The translations under genes and the position numbers were made by a program. The notes below the pieces were generated by a model. It did not search any database and was not told the origin of the DNA. It saw only the letters and a list, made by a program, of their open reading frames with translations. Positions 12,240 through 21,718 of a DNA stretch of 32,774 nt are shown one piece after another. Numbering within the stretch: the stretch's first letter is position 1; every line of letters starts with the position of its first letter. The DNA comes from Azolla caroliniana (Eukaryota > Plantae > Polypodiophyta). The DNA lies in assembly GCA_043228905.1 (NCBI GenBank), contig JBHGNT010000347.1:1-32774 (forward strand). The letters run 5' to 3'.

Positions 12240-13277
12240 ATGTTCACGTTACCCCCAATGCTAGTAGAGGCACTTTTTCAACTTGTAGTCTTTATTGATA
12301 GGATACATAGCCAACCACATGATAGAATATCTCATCAAGCCTTTAAGGCCTCTCGATCATTGTATGAGTCCGGCTATACTAGCTCATGGTATGGCATGAT
12401 GGTGACTTGGCTTCTTGCGAATGGTCTAGACATTAATAACCTACCTCCCCTTAGGTACAACCACACGAGTGATAACACCTTAATCTCTCATGAGAACCGC
12501 AATAAAGTAATACGCCAAGAAATATGGCAAATTTACACTCGGTGTAAATGGATCACCCCACTAGAGCCACTCCCATCTAAAATGTCGTACTATAAGAAAC
12601 ACTTCATGCACTTCTCTGAGTTAGGTTTTATCACACGACCAAAATATCTAGATGTATTCTTACCACATGCACTACGGGTTGCCATTGGACAACTTAGAAT
12701 ATCGTCTCACCAACTTGAGATTGAAAATGGCCGTACTAGTGGAGTCCCTAGGGAGGAAAGGATATGTAGGTTATGTCACATAGAGATAGAGGATGAGTAC
12801 CACTTTACATGCAAGTGTCCAACCTATGCCGAGATAAGGGCAAAATACCAAGACATACTTGGTCCGTCTCCCACCCTCCCCAAACTATTAGATACTCTAG
12901 ATATAAAGAAATTAGGCAAATACATTCTAGAGCTAAAACAACACAGAGAGAATAAATTACAAAATGTTGACAATAATGTTGCTAATGATCACGAACATGT
13001 AACAAATGCAGTTTTTCAGGAACCTGAGGAGACAACGAATGCCGACACACTTGCACCACCCGGCCTTTCCATTGATGAGGCAGAAAACCAGAGAAGAACC
13101 AGACGTCCTTGGGTGCCGGGTTTCAAAACAACTCAACGTGATGTGGAAGCAATATTAAAAATAAGGGAACGTGAGCTACACCGCCTAGAAGCCATGGCTA
13201 GGGCACTCTCTACATTGGAACCCACATCAAGACCCTTTGACCCCCCACTTCTTTTCGAGAGGCTTGGGTGGAAATAA
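12240..13277 (+). pseudogene. C-terminal fragment of LINE RT protein (post-RT region, CCHC finger, C-terminal extension)
   Basis: 345-codon open frame homologous to ORF 10115-10951. The ATG lies at the host junction and is probably fortuitous. Confidence 0.75.
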
Positions 13278-13482
13278 AATTAGGCTTAGTGTATAGTCAC
13301 TTTCGAGTATACTACATATTGTACACTACTAGAACTCTTTTAGTTTAAGTTCTATTTTTTTTTACTTAATTTTATTTTTAGTTATGATGACTGGATAAAT
13401 ACTCTATTGTTGTAAACCAATTGTCTCATGGGCCAAATTTGGCCTTAGAAGACGTTAATACATCTTTCTTTCTTTCTTTCTT
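12243..13482 (+). mobile_element. 5'-truncated LINE (copy 2, RTEX-like) nested antisense in LINE copy 1
   Basis: Open frame 12240-13277 with LRISSHQLEIENGR..CRLC..EDEYHFTCKC. 3'UTR ends in a stem-loop and a (TCTT)n tail. Host LINE peptide resumes on both sides (..QTQER / HACAKFWGNLKGK..). Confidence 0.85.
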
Positions 13483-13940
13483 GCGTTTGGAGAAGTTGTT
13501 GAGTAACTTCCCATATTCATCTCTTTCTTTGAATAATCCTTTTATAGTCAAGCAAATGCTTTTGGTAATTTTCTTTATCCTTAACTACATCCAAAACCAT
13601 AAGGTACTTTCGAGCTTCATGACATTCTTTATAAAACCATTTTTTCTTACATTTCTTGGTGCATTTCCATGATGTGCGGTTGGTCGAAAAACATTTGTTT
13701 GTACAAGAGAGAATGACATTCTTAAAAGCTTCCCATTTGCATTCTAGTGTGGCACCATGTTGTGTCTTTGTCATTTGTAACTTATCCTCAACCATCTTGG
13801 AATACATGGGCGCTCACTTAAGATTCATGCTCAAGTGCGTTTGTTTACTATCTTTAATGACCTTCTCGCAATCAAACCTATGCATACATTTGAGATCAAC
13901 ACATAAATTCCTATGATCGGATTCCGGTGTCCATTCCCCC

Positions 13941-13967
13941 AGAGAGAGAGAGAGAGAGAGAGAGAGA
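13941..13967. repeat. (GA)n microsatellite at the 5' truncation point of LINE copy 1
   Basis: Read directly. Confidence 0.9.
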
Positions 13968-15103
13968 CCTAAGAGGCACCTCCAGTGTATGCCTTAGATA
14001 CGGATCAGGTAAACCCGTGCTTGAAGGGATTACAGATTCTGATATGTTGGCTGATGCTGATTCCTGTCGATCTACATCAGGGTATGTAATGACCTAGGCA
14101 AGGGGAGCCATCTCATGGCAATCGAGGATGAAGGTTATGGCTCTGTCAACCACAGAAGTTGAGTACATGGTTGTTGTAGAAGATGGCAAGCAAATAATCT
14201 AGACGAGGGATTTCATTGGTGAGCTAGGAATGAAGCAAGATTATTTCTTATTGCATTGTAATAATCAAAGTGTCATCCACCTTGCGAAGAATGTTGCCTA
14301 TCACTCTACGACAAAACATATCTAGATGAGATATCATTGGTTATGAGAGAGAGTGGAAGAAAAGTAATTTGCTCTTGTAAAGGTCCATACGAATGATAAT
14401 TGATCGGACATGTTGACAAAGGCATTGCCTATGGACAAGCTGAAAGCTTGCCGACTGAAGGTAGGCATTGTTGACCCTCCCATACAAGAGTGAAGGGGGA
14501 GTTAGTTGTCAAACGTTGTCCCTCCTTATGGGAGCAGAGGCCGATGTGAACCAAAGCCAACTAGGGAACCAACTATGTACAAAGGGTCAGCTATGAGCCA
14601 ATTGTGATCGGTTGGGAGCTGATTCGGCCAAGAGTCGTTATATTAAGGTAGGGACAAACATGTAAATACATATGTAAGTATAAACCCTAGATTATATCAT
14701 TTATGATGATGGTCAAAGTTATATACTCACAGGGAGGGAGAGAAGTGAGTGCAAGGATTGTGTGCATCAGTGAACGAGTTTGCTAGTGTGTTGAGGCTCG
14801 AGTTCGATCACAATAGATCAACGGTTGCAATGTAAGCATGCCTAGTGTTTTGTGACTTCTTTGTTGCTTCATTGTAACGGTTGTCTACTAAGATAGACAA
14901 AGATCAACACAAGATTGTGGCCTTGTGTTCTTGTACACACTCTTCTATAGTGATTTTGCTCGGTGTTTGTGGGCTCCATGTAGTTTTTCCCATTGAGGGT
15001 TTTCCATGTTAAATCTTTGTGTCCCTATCCTTGTTTTTCTTGTTCCTTTGTTGCTTTCATCTCTGTTTGTTTGCTGGCTGTGGCCGGCCCCATATTGACA
15101 TCA
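13968..15103 (+). mobile_element. Decayed Ty1/copia 3' fragment (RNase H, PPT, 3' LTR), relative of the intact element
   Basis: LRGTSSVCLRYGSGKPVLEGITDSDMLADADSCRSTSGYVMT*..ISWQSR..STTEVEYM..YHSTTKHI with stops. PPT GAAGGGGGAG at 14492-14501. LTR about 14504-15103 (AGTTGTCAA...TTGACATCA) sharing GTCCCTCC, GGGTTTTCCA and TGTGGCCG motifs with the intact element family. Confidence 0.85.
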
Positions 15104-16950
15104 CTCACACTTTCCTTTTTAAATGGCAACCTCACTTGTTTCCCAAATTCACATATATGTTGCATGTTCTTATCCTTAAATCTTGGCAAACCAATAACTA
15201 GACCATGTGACTACATATTTTTCAATTTATGTATGTTAACAAGACCAATTCATTTATGCCTATTTCTGCAATTTTTTTGTTATCATATGTAGAACAAAAC
15301 TTATGAGGATTTGAACTATCAACATCCATTGTAAACATTCTACCTTCTTTTTTCCCTTTAGCAATCAATTTGAATCCTTTACTAGGATCTTCTACAAAGC
15401 ATCCTCTTTGTTTGAATCTTACTTGCAACCCTCTTTCTACCATTTGTCCTACAAATATTAGAATTTTTGTAATTGTAGGAACGTGTAACACATCTAACAA
15501 GCAATTTCTTGTACCATAAGCACTTTGTAAAGGTATATTACCAACGTGTTGTATATGATGCTCATTGCTTAGTATCATCACCGGTTTGAACATAACCATG
15601 AGCATGTAATGTATGCAAATTTTCAAACAAATTTTCATCACATGACTTATGATTGCTACATCCACTATCAATACACCAATTTCTATCTTGATCGACATTA
15701 TTACTTGCTATGTGATTCTTGACAAGTAAATTTTCATCATCTTGTGTATCAGATGTTACGATACAATTACTAATCGTTTTATTGTTTCTATGAAAACATT
15801 GATTTGCATAATGACCAGGCTTACCACAAATGTAGCATAGACATGTATTTCAATCTTGATCGAACCTTCCTCTTTGAGCTTTACACCTCTGAAATTTTGA
15901 GTTTGGTTTTCATGTTGATCATATTGTTGATGTTGTGATGATTGTGAAGATTTATTCTTTCCTCTTCCTCTACTTTGAAAATTTCTACCTTTACCTCTTG
16001 ATCTTGCATAAAACACTTGTAATTGATCTGAACGAGAGGATGAGCCTTGCAAGTTCAATTCCTCCATAATCATAAGTGAAATCAATTGCTCAAAGTTTGG
16101 TAATGAATCTCTAACATAAATAGAAGTAATGAGAGACTTCCATTTATTGTCTTCTCTTAATACATTCAATGTAAAACCAACTGAGTCATCATTATCAACG
16201 GGACTTCCAATAGATGATAAAGCATCTAACACATTTTATTTTCGAAACAAAATCATTAACCAACATCGATGGTGATTTCTTCAAATTATTCAACTCATTT
16301 TTTAGCTGAATTTTGCTAACTTTCGTCGTAGAAGTATATAATCTTTCAAGACTATCCCATACATCCTTTGATGACTCTAGATCTTGAATATGCCCAATCA
16401 AAGAGTTCAATATATTTTGTGATAACACAAACATGACCATGTTATCCTTCTCATTCCAATGATTAAAGTTTCTTATTTGTTCTTCAGTCAGATTCATTGC
16501 ATGCATGAAAGGCTTAACCTTTGTTCCTGTAATGAAACCCCATAAATTCTTACCAATCAAGTAATTCCTCATTCGAAACTTCCATGGTTGATAGTTGTGC
16601 TTGTCCAACTTCTCTATTTGAGAAGACAACTCTGCCATACTTTGTATCCTTTACTTGAAAATCGTCAATGATAAAGTTTACTCTGATACAGATGTAAAGA
16701 ACTATAGCTCTCAATGCGTACATGAAAGCGTAGAGGGTTCTAAGACTGATTAAGAAAATAAATAAATATGTATTATAATAATATAACTAATAAGGTTGGG
16801 GAGACACTAAGAAAATGGAGGAAAGGTTTTTTTTTTTGTACAAATAAAAAAGATAGACCAATTGATAAAGCCTTTAACCTTGTAGCTAAGGTCACAAGAT
16901 CAAATCTCATGTGACGCGTCCAAGATACTTTATCTATCTTCACCTTTACT
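15104..16950 (-). mobile_element. Decayed Ty1/copia 5' fragment (putative LTR, PBS, gag, protease, pre-integrase)
   Basis: gag MAELSSQIEKLDKHNYQPWKFRMRNYLIGKNLW (16195-16638). Zinc knuckle CYICGKPGH, protease WCIDSGCSNH and pre-integrase WHK..GLV, broken by frameshifts. PBS-like TGTATCAGAG near 16681-16690. Putative LTR about 16693-16950 is less certain. Confidence 0.8.
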
Positions 16951-17640
16951 ACCAAATGGCAATAATTAAGCTTGAACTTTTAGCAAGCCGACTCAATATC
17001 GGAAAATAATTGGGAGTCTCATCTACCTAACTATCACTTGACCCGACCTTAGCTATCCATTCGGCCTCCTTAGCCAATTTATGCAAACACCATGCAACAC
17101 GCAATGTTTGCATTGTGCTAAGTGAGTCTTGCGATATATTAGTGGGACCATGGATTGGGAAATCTTCTACAAGGAAGGAGCGATTATTCGGTTGACAGGA
17201 TACACTGATGTTGATTGGGGAGACAATGTATCCGATTGACGATCAACATTTGACTTCGTCTTCTCCCTTGGAACCGGATGTCATGAAGACATACATTTTG
17301 GCCTTACAAGGATTCGAGCCCAAGACGACTTGGTCTATATGTTAGACTATAATAACATATATGATGTATAGTTATAATAAATGTATTATTAGTTATTACA
17401 AGATATTTAGAGTATTCTAGAACAATGATTATATTAAATATCATAAATATCTAAAATATTCTAGAATGTTTTAGAATACTCTAAATATCTTGTAATAACT
17501 AATAATACATTTATTATAACTATACATCATATATGTTATTATAGTCTAACGTATAGACCAAGACATCTTGGGCTCAAATCCTTGTAAGGCCAAAATGTAT
17601 GTCTTCATGACACCGGAGAGATCTCATGGAGTAGCAAAAA
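16951..17640 (+). mobile_element. Decayed Ty1/copia RT/RNase H fragment, host of the foldback element
   Basis: PTQYRKIIGSLIYLTIT*PDLSY..LSQFMQTP..VLRYISGT..LTGYTDVDWGDNVSD*RST..FSLGTG[insert]EISWSSK. Confidence 0.85.
17279..17612. mobile_element. 334-bp non-coding foldback element with 146-bp TIRs, TG...CA ends and 5-bp TSD
   Basis: Arms 17279-17424 and 17467-17612 are inverted copies (5 mismatches counted) around a 42-bp spacer. TSD CCGGA at 17274-17278 and 17613-17617. Removing the element plus one TSD restores the host copia frame. Confidence 0.9.
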
Positions 17641-17754
17641 TATACTTATTATGATTATACATTGTATATGTTACAATAATGGTTTAAGGTTTGACACACA
17701 TCAAGAGGATGTCAGTTCAAATCCTTGTAAGCCAAAATGCATATAATCATGACA

Positions 17755-18866
17755 CCCTCAAAACACTACGAAACTTGAGATGCTCGATGGAGGGAAGAAA
17801 CTTGCACAACTTGATGTGCAATGAAAAGGGGAAAGAGAAGGGTTTAGCAAATGAAGGACTCGAAGAAGGTGATGTAGGAACGGATCGTCAATAGTTGAAA
17901 TCTACTAGAGGTCCTCGACATAGCAAAGAGAGAGTTCCATGATGCCACCATCAAACGACGAAGAGGGAGTGAGACCCATGAACGTGAACATAGTGTCAAC
18001 CGAAGTGCTTAAGGTTGATGAAGAATATAGATACAACATTATACGAGGCCATATTGGCTTAGGGAAACAATGTAAACCCTGGATGAGGGATATGAAAGAG
18101 CCAATGGTGGTATTAATAAAGCATGGATCCGAAATCGACCTAATTTCCATGGACTTCTACAAACCGGGGGAAATGGTCAATCAACACGAAGCATGACTCA
18201 AAGATTAGAGCAGCAACCCGAGCAACCGAAGAGCTACACAAGGCTTGCCCAAATGTATGGGAGAAAGTAGGGGATGTGGAGGTAGACCAACACTTATTCG
18301 TTCAATAGACATCCTCTCACTTGGTCATCTTTGGTGAGCCATACATCATGACGACTTGTATGGAGAAGAAGGTGTTTGACAATGGGTCTACCTACACGAG
18401 AGTCAAGAGCCAAGAAAGAAGGAATTCAGTCTGATTCCCTACAATTAGACCCAACCACTACTACAATAGAGATTCTCTCAAAGGCAAAAATTGGGAGAAT
18501 TTTTTATGCATGCTATTTAAGTGTGGGAAATTTAAGTCCTCAAACCTTTGTAAAAATAGGAACCAATTTTGGTTCTTGGAAAAGGGAGCACGTAGATTCT
18601 CTATCATTGATAGTAGAGATATGCCTAGAATGAAAAGGTATGGAAGATATCTTAAACAATATAATGTATTAGATGAGAATGATACCATAAGTGGCGCCAT
18701 GGAGACGGTTTCGTTCGATGAAACTCTCGGGGAGATGGAGAGAATAGTCGTTTTGGGTTTTAACGAAAACGAGGTCATTCTACTCAACTCAGTAGACATG
18801 CACAATGGCATCAAAGAGCTTGGGCAGTTTATTGATGTCGAAAGGTGTTGGAACCGGCCGTCAAGA
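17755..18866 (+). mobile_element. Decayed Ty3/gypsy fragment (aspartic protease region)
   Basis: VVLIKHGSEIDLISMDFY (degenerate LIDxGSEIN motif), then KIRAATRATEELHKACPNV..VGDVEVDQHLFVQ*..HLVIFGEPYI, with frameshifts and stops. Boundaries approximate. Confidence 0.7.
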
Positions 18867-19191
18867 TGTTGAACAAACTCAACACTCTTTAAGATGAAGA
18901 TCTTCAGAGAATACAAAGAAACCGATTGATAACTCAAAACAACTGAATCACAAGACAAGATCAACAAGAAAACTAAGGGAAGAGAGACAACAAGGTAGGC
19001 ACAAAGAGTATGTAACTATATTATTCTCTCTGAGTTACAATGGCACAATATACAAATGAACAACCTTAAAACTAGGTTACAAGAGTTAGTTTAAATACTA
19101 ACTAACTTAGTGCACCTGCCCTTCCCACTATTTATAGAAATGACCTAGACCTAGTGTGTCCAATGGGATAGTGTGAATGTGACCATTATTT

Positions 19192-19955
19192 TGACAGGAA
19201 CACACGCTCCCGATGAACAACGCTCGGCCACAACCGAGCCTAGGATAAAACACAGAAAACGGATAATGAACGCACGACATAGTGAAGAGAAGAGTACACT
19301 GGATGTTAACGTGGAAAACCCAAACTAGGGAAAAACCACAGCAGCCCACAAACTGCAAACTATCACTATATCAAAATGTACAAGAGTAGAGCACCGAGGC
19401 AACGACCTCGAGCTTGCTATCTTCGCCACATGCGGCGGTTACAATAGAGGCAACGACCTCTTCTTCTCTCTCTCTCTCTCTCTCTCTCTGTACACTGTTA
19501 CGCGCTCTAATCTTGCGCCAACAAGAATGACAACAACATCATATTCTAAGTTTGCCCTAAGTCATATTTATACTAATATGACTTTTCGGCTATTTACAAA
19601 TATATCCCCGATAAACTCTCAGAAAACATATTTACGAATATGTCCCTTCATCCGGTGAGCACTTCTCACCGGGTCTTCGCCATCCGGCTCTTGCCGGGTA
19701 CTCGTCATCCGGTTCTCACCGGATCTTCCGTTGCCAGGTACTCCACATCCGATTCTCATCGGGTCTTCCGTTGCCGGGTACTCCACATCCGGTTCTCACC
19801 GGGTCTTCCGTTTCCGGGTACTCCTCATCCGGTTCTCACCGGGTCTTCCGTTGCCGGGTACTCCTCATCCGGTTCTCATCGGGTCTTCCGTTGCCGGGTA
19901 CTCCTTATCCGGTTCTCACCGGGTCATCCCATCTGGAGGGACCTGTTTCCTAACA
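19192..19955 (-). mobile_element. Solo LTR (764 bp) of the Tnt1-like copia family
   Basis: Minus strand TGTTAGGAAACAGGTCCCTCC...TTCCTGTCA, collinear with LTR 29879-30637. Flanks TATTT (19187-19191) and TATAT (19956-19960) form a 5-bp TSD with one mismatch. No PBS or PPT adjacent. Confidence 0.85.
19661..19925. repeat. 40-bp tandem array in the U3 of the solo LTR
   Basis: Unit GGTTCTCACCGGGTCTTCCGTTGCCGGGTACTCCTCATCC, five full copies at 19711-19910, plus a 50-bp variant and a partial copy. Confidence 0.92.
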
Positions 19956-20282
19956 TATATACTGGTATTTGACACTCCCCCATAATGGGTGTATACAACA
20001 AAAATCTACACTAAAAGGGGTAAACAAAAGAATACACATTTATACAAAGGTTGTTAGACAGATCGACCTTGTTCGAATTGGAAATATCCGGGACGGACGG
20101 GTTGAAGTTGAATCAACCAATTTGAGAGTACATCTAAGTTAGAGTGTTCGAAGTCAGGTCGTCTATGCTGATTGTCGAATTTCTAAAACATGTCTTCAGT
20201 GACCGACTCAACCAGACTTTTCGTTACGCCCATCTGGTGCTGAAGGGATCGAAATTGATTCATTGGAAGACACTTGGTCATC

Positions 20283-20744
20283 CCATTTGCGACATTATCA
20301 ACTGTAGATATCTTCTCGAGGCCGTTTTCCTTGAAATGACGCAGTCCTGAACAAAGTGATATCTCATATCTATATGCTTTGAGGCGTTGTGCTGAACTGG
20401 ATTTTTCGACAAAGTGACAACACCCTGACTTTCGCTATTGACAATTGGAGTTGAGTCGGAGATGATTTGTCGAAACGTGTGCGCCGGCTGACCGAGCCAT
20501 AAGGCCTCTTTCGCCCCCCTTTCGCCATTTGCGACATTATCAGCTGTAGATATCTTCTCGAGGCCGATTTTCCCTGAAATGACGCAGTCCTGAACAAAGT
20601 GATATCTCATATCTATATGCTTTGAGGCGTTGTGCTGAACCGGATTTTTCGACAAAGTTGACAATTGGAGTTGAGTCGGAGATGATTTGTCGAAACGTGT
20701 GCGCCGACTGACCGAGCCATAAGGCCTCTTTCGCCCCCCTTTCG
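20283..20744. repeat. Tandem duplication (242 bp + 220 bp) inside copia RNase H
   Basis: 20283-20524 is repeated at 20525-20744, the second copy lacking 22 bp. The peptide KNPVQHNASKHIDMRYHFVQDCVIS appears twice. Confidence 0.9.
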
Positions 20745-21083
20745 CCGCGTCAAATGCGGCTACATATTTAACCTCAGTCGTTGACGTAGCAGTGCAGTCC
20801 TAATGTTTCAACTTCGATGAGATTGCTCCATTGCCAAATTTGAAACATATCTGGTTGTTGACTTTCGACTGTCTATACAATTGTCGGTATAAACTGTTAG
20901 ATATACTCAGTGATCAGCCCCAAATTGTAAATCTATCCCCATATGTGCTCTTAGAGTGCACATTTTGTGATAGCGCCCCAAATGAGGAGCGGCTAGTGTG
21001 CAACTCGACCATATGGGTCAATAAGGTGTTAATCTAGGAAACCGCAGATGTGTAGGACACAATGTATTTAGGAAAGAGAGAAA

Positions 21084-21689
21084 TGTTGGGATTACGGTCC
21101 CTTCGGATGGGATGGTCGGATATCGGAGATGAATGCCGACAAGCCCGGTTTCGGTTTCGGATCCGGATGACGAAGACCCCGGCTTCGGTGCCGGATGACG
21201 AATGTACCCGAAGAGCGATCCGGATGCAGGGACATATCCGTGAATATGTTCGCTACGAGCCCCCTGAGGCTATAGTTGTAAATAGCCCAAAGTCATATAA
21301 GTATAAATATGACTTAGGGCAAACTGTTTTTCTGTTGCTTCTCATTTTTCTGTTTTTCCACTCAAGAGGAGTGAAGAGGGAGCAGCCGTGAGAGAGAGAG
21401 AGAGATAGAGCGCGAGAGAGGAAGAGGTAGACGCCTCTGTGTATTTCCGCCGCCTGTGGCGAGGACAGCGAGCTCAAGGTCATCGCCTTAGAGCTCGTCA
21501 TTGTATATTTCTCTGTGCATAGTTTGGTTCGGAGTCTCGCACTCCCGTGGTTTTTCCCGTATAGGGTTTTCCACGTTAATCCCTGTGTATCGCGTCTTTC
21601 TCTGTATTTCCTGTTTTCTGCTACATTGATCCGCGATTAATCGGTTGTGGCCGAGTGGTGAAGGTGAATCCATTCGTTGATTCCCAACA
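21084..21689 (+). repeat. 5' LTR (606 bp) of the intact copia element
   Basis: Direct repeat of 25806-26411 with no differences seen by eye; TATAAA near 21302-21307. Confidence 0.97.
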
Positions 21690-21692
21690 AAC

Positions 21693-21704
21693 TGGTATCA
21701 GAGC
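21693..21704 (+). promoter_or_regulatory. Primer binding site (tRNA-iMet)
   Basis: TGGTATCAGAGC, 3 nt after the 5' LTR. Confidence 0.95.
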
Positions 21705-21718
21705 GACTGTTGCAGAAA

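Larger units (their letters stand above)
10050..13940 (-). mobile_element. 5'-truncated RTE/RTEX-like LINE (copy 1), interrupted by a second LINE at about 12243-13482
   Basis: End of APE endonuclease (GEWTPESDHRNL, near 13905-13940). RT motifs NNYRTIMV, FVDFKKAFDMV, GVKQGCPLSPTLF, LLYVDD and FKYLG (ORFs 11763-12044 and 11058-11690). C-terminal CCHC finger CTLC..SEYHTLIQC (ORF 10115-10951). Stops and frameshifts present. 3' tail ATCTATCTA runs into (TC)n. Confidence 0.9.
18867..21026 (-). mobile_element. Decayed Ty1/copia 3' fragment (RT end, RNase H, PPT, 3' LTR)
   Basis: Minus strand: CIDSRKSTT..GNGAIS..STTEVKYVAA..KEALWL..KNPVQHNASKHIDMRYHFVQD. PPT GGGGGAG at 19981-19975, followed by an LTR starting TGTCAAA at 19974 with a TATA-like CTATAAATAG near 19128-19137. 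LTR end about 18867 is uncertain. The LTR is split by a solo LTR. Confidence 0.8.

Noticed and set aside
18510-18872. 120-aa ORF as an independent gene
   Set aside because: Directly follows the gypsy protease remnant and is cut by an LTR; most simply decayed pol linker.
19661-19925. 40-bp and 54-bp arrays as CRISPR-like repeats
   Set aside because: Head-to-tail units with no unique spacers, inside LTRs, eukaryotic context, no cas genes.
21062-21391. ORFs within the LTRs (also 25805-26113, 29813-30450, 19640-19985)
   Set aside because: Start codons depend on flanking sequence or repeats, and the frames are not conserved between sister LTRs.
21677-21718. ORF-track start of Gag-Pol at 21677
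   Set aside because: Non-ATG codon inside the LTR/PBS; first ATG is 21719.
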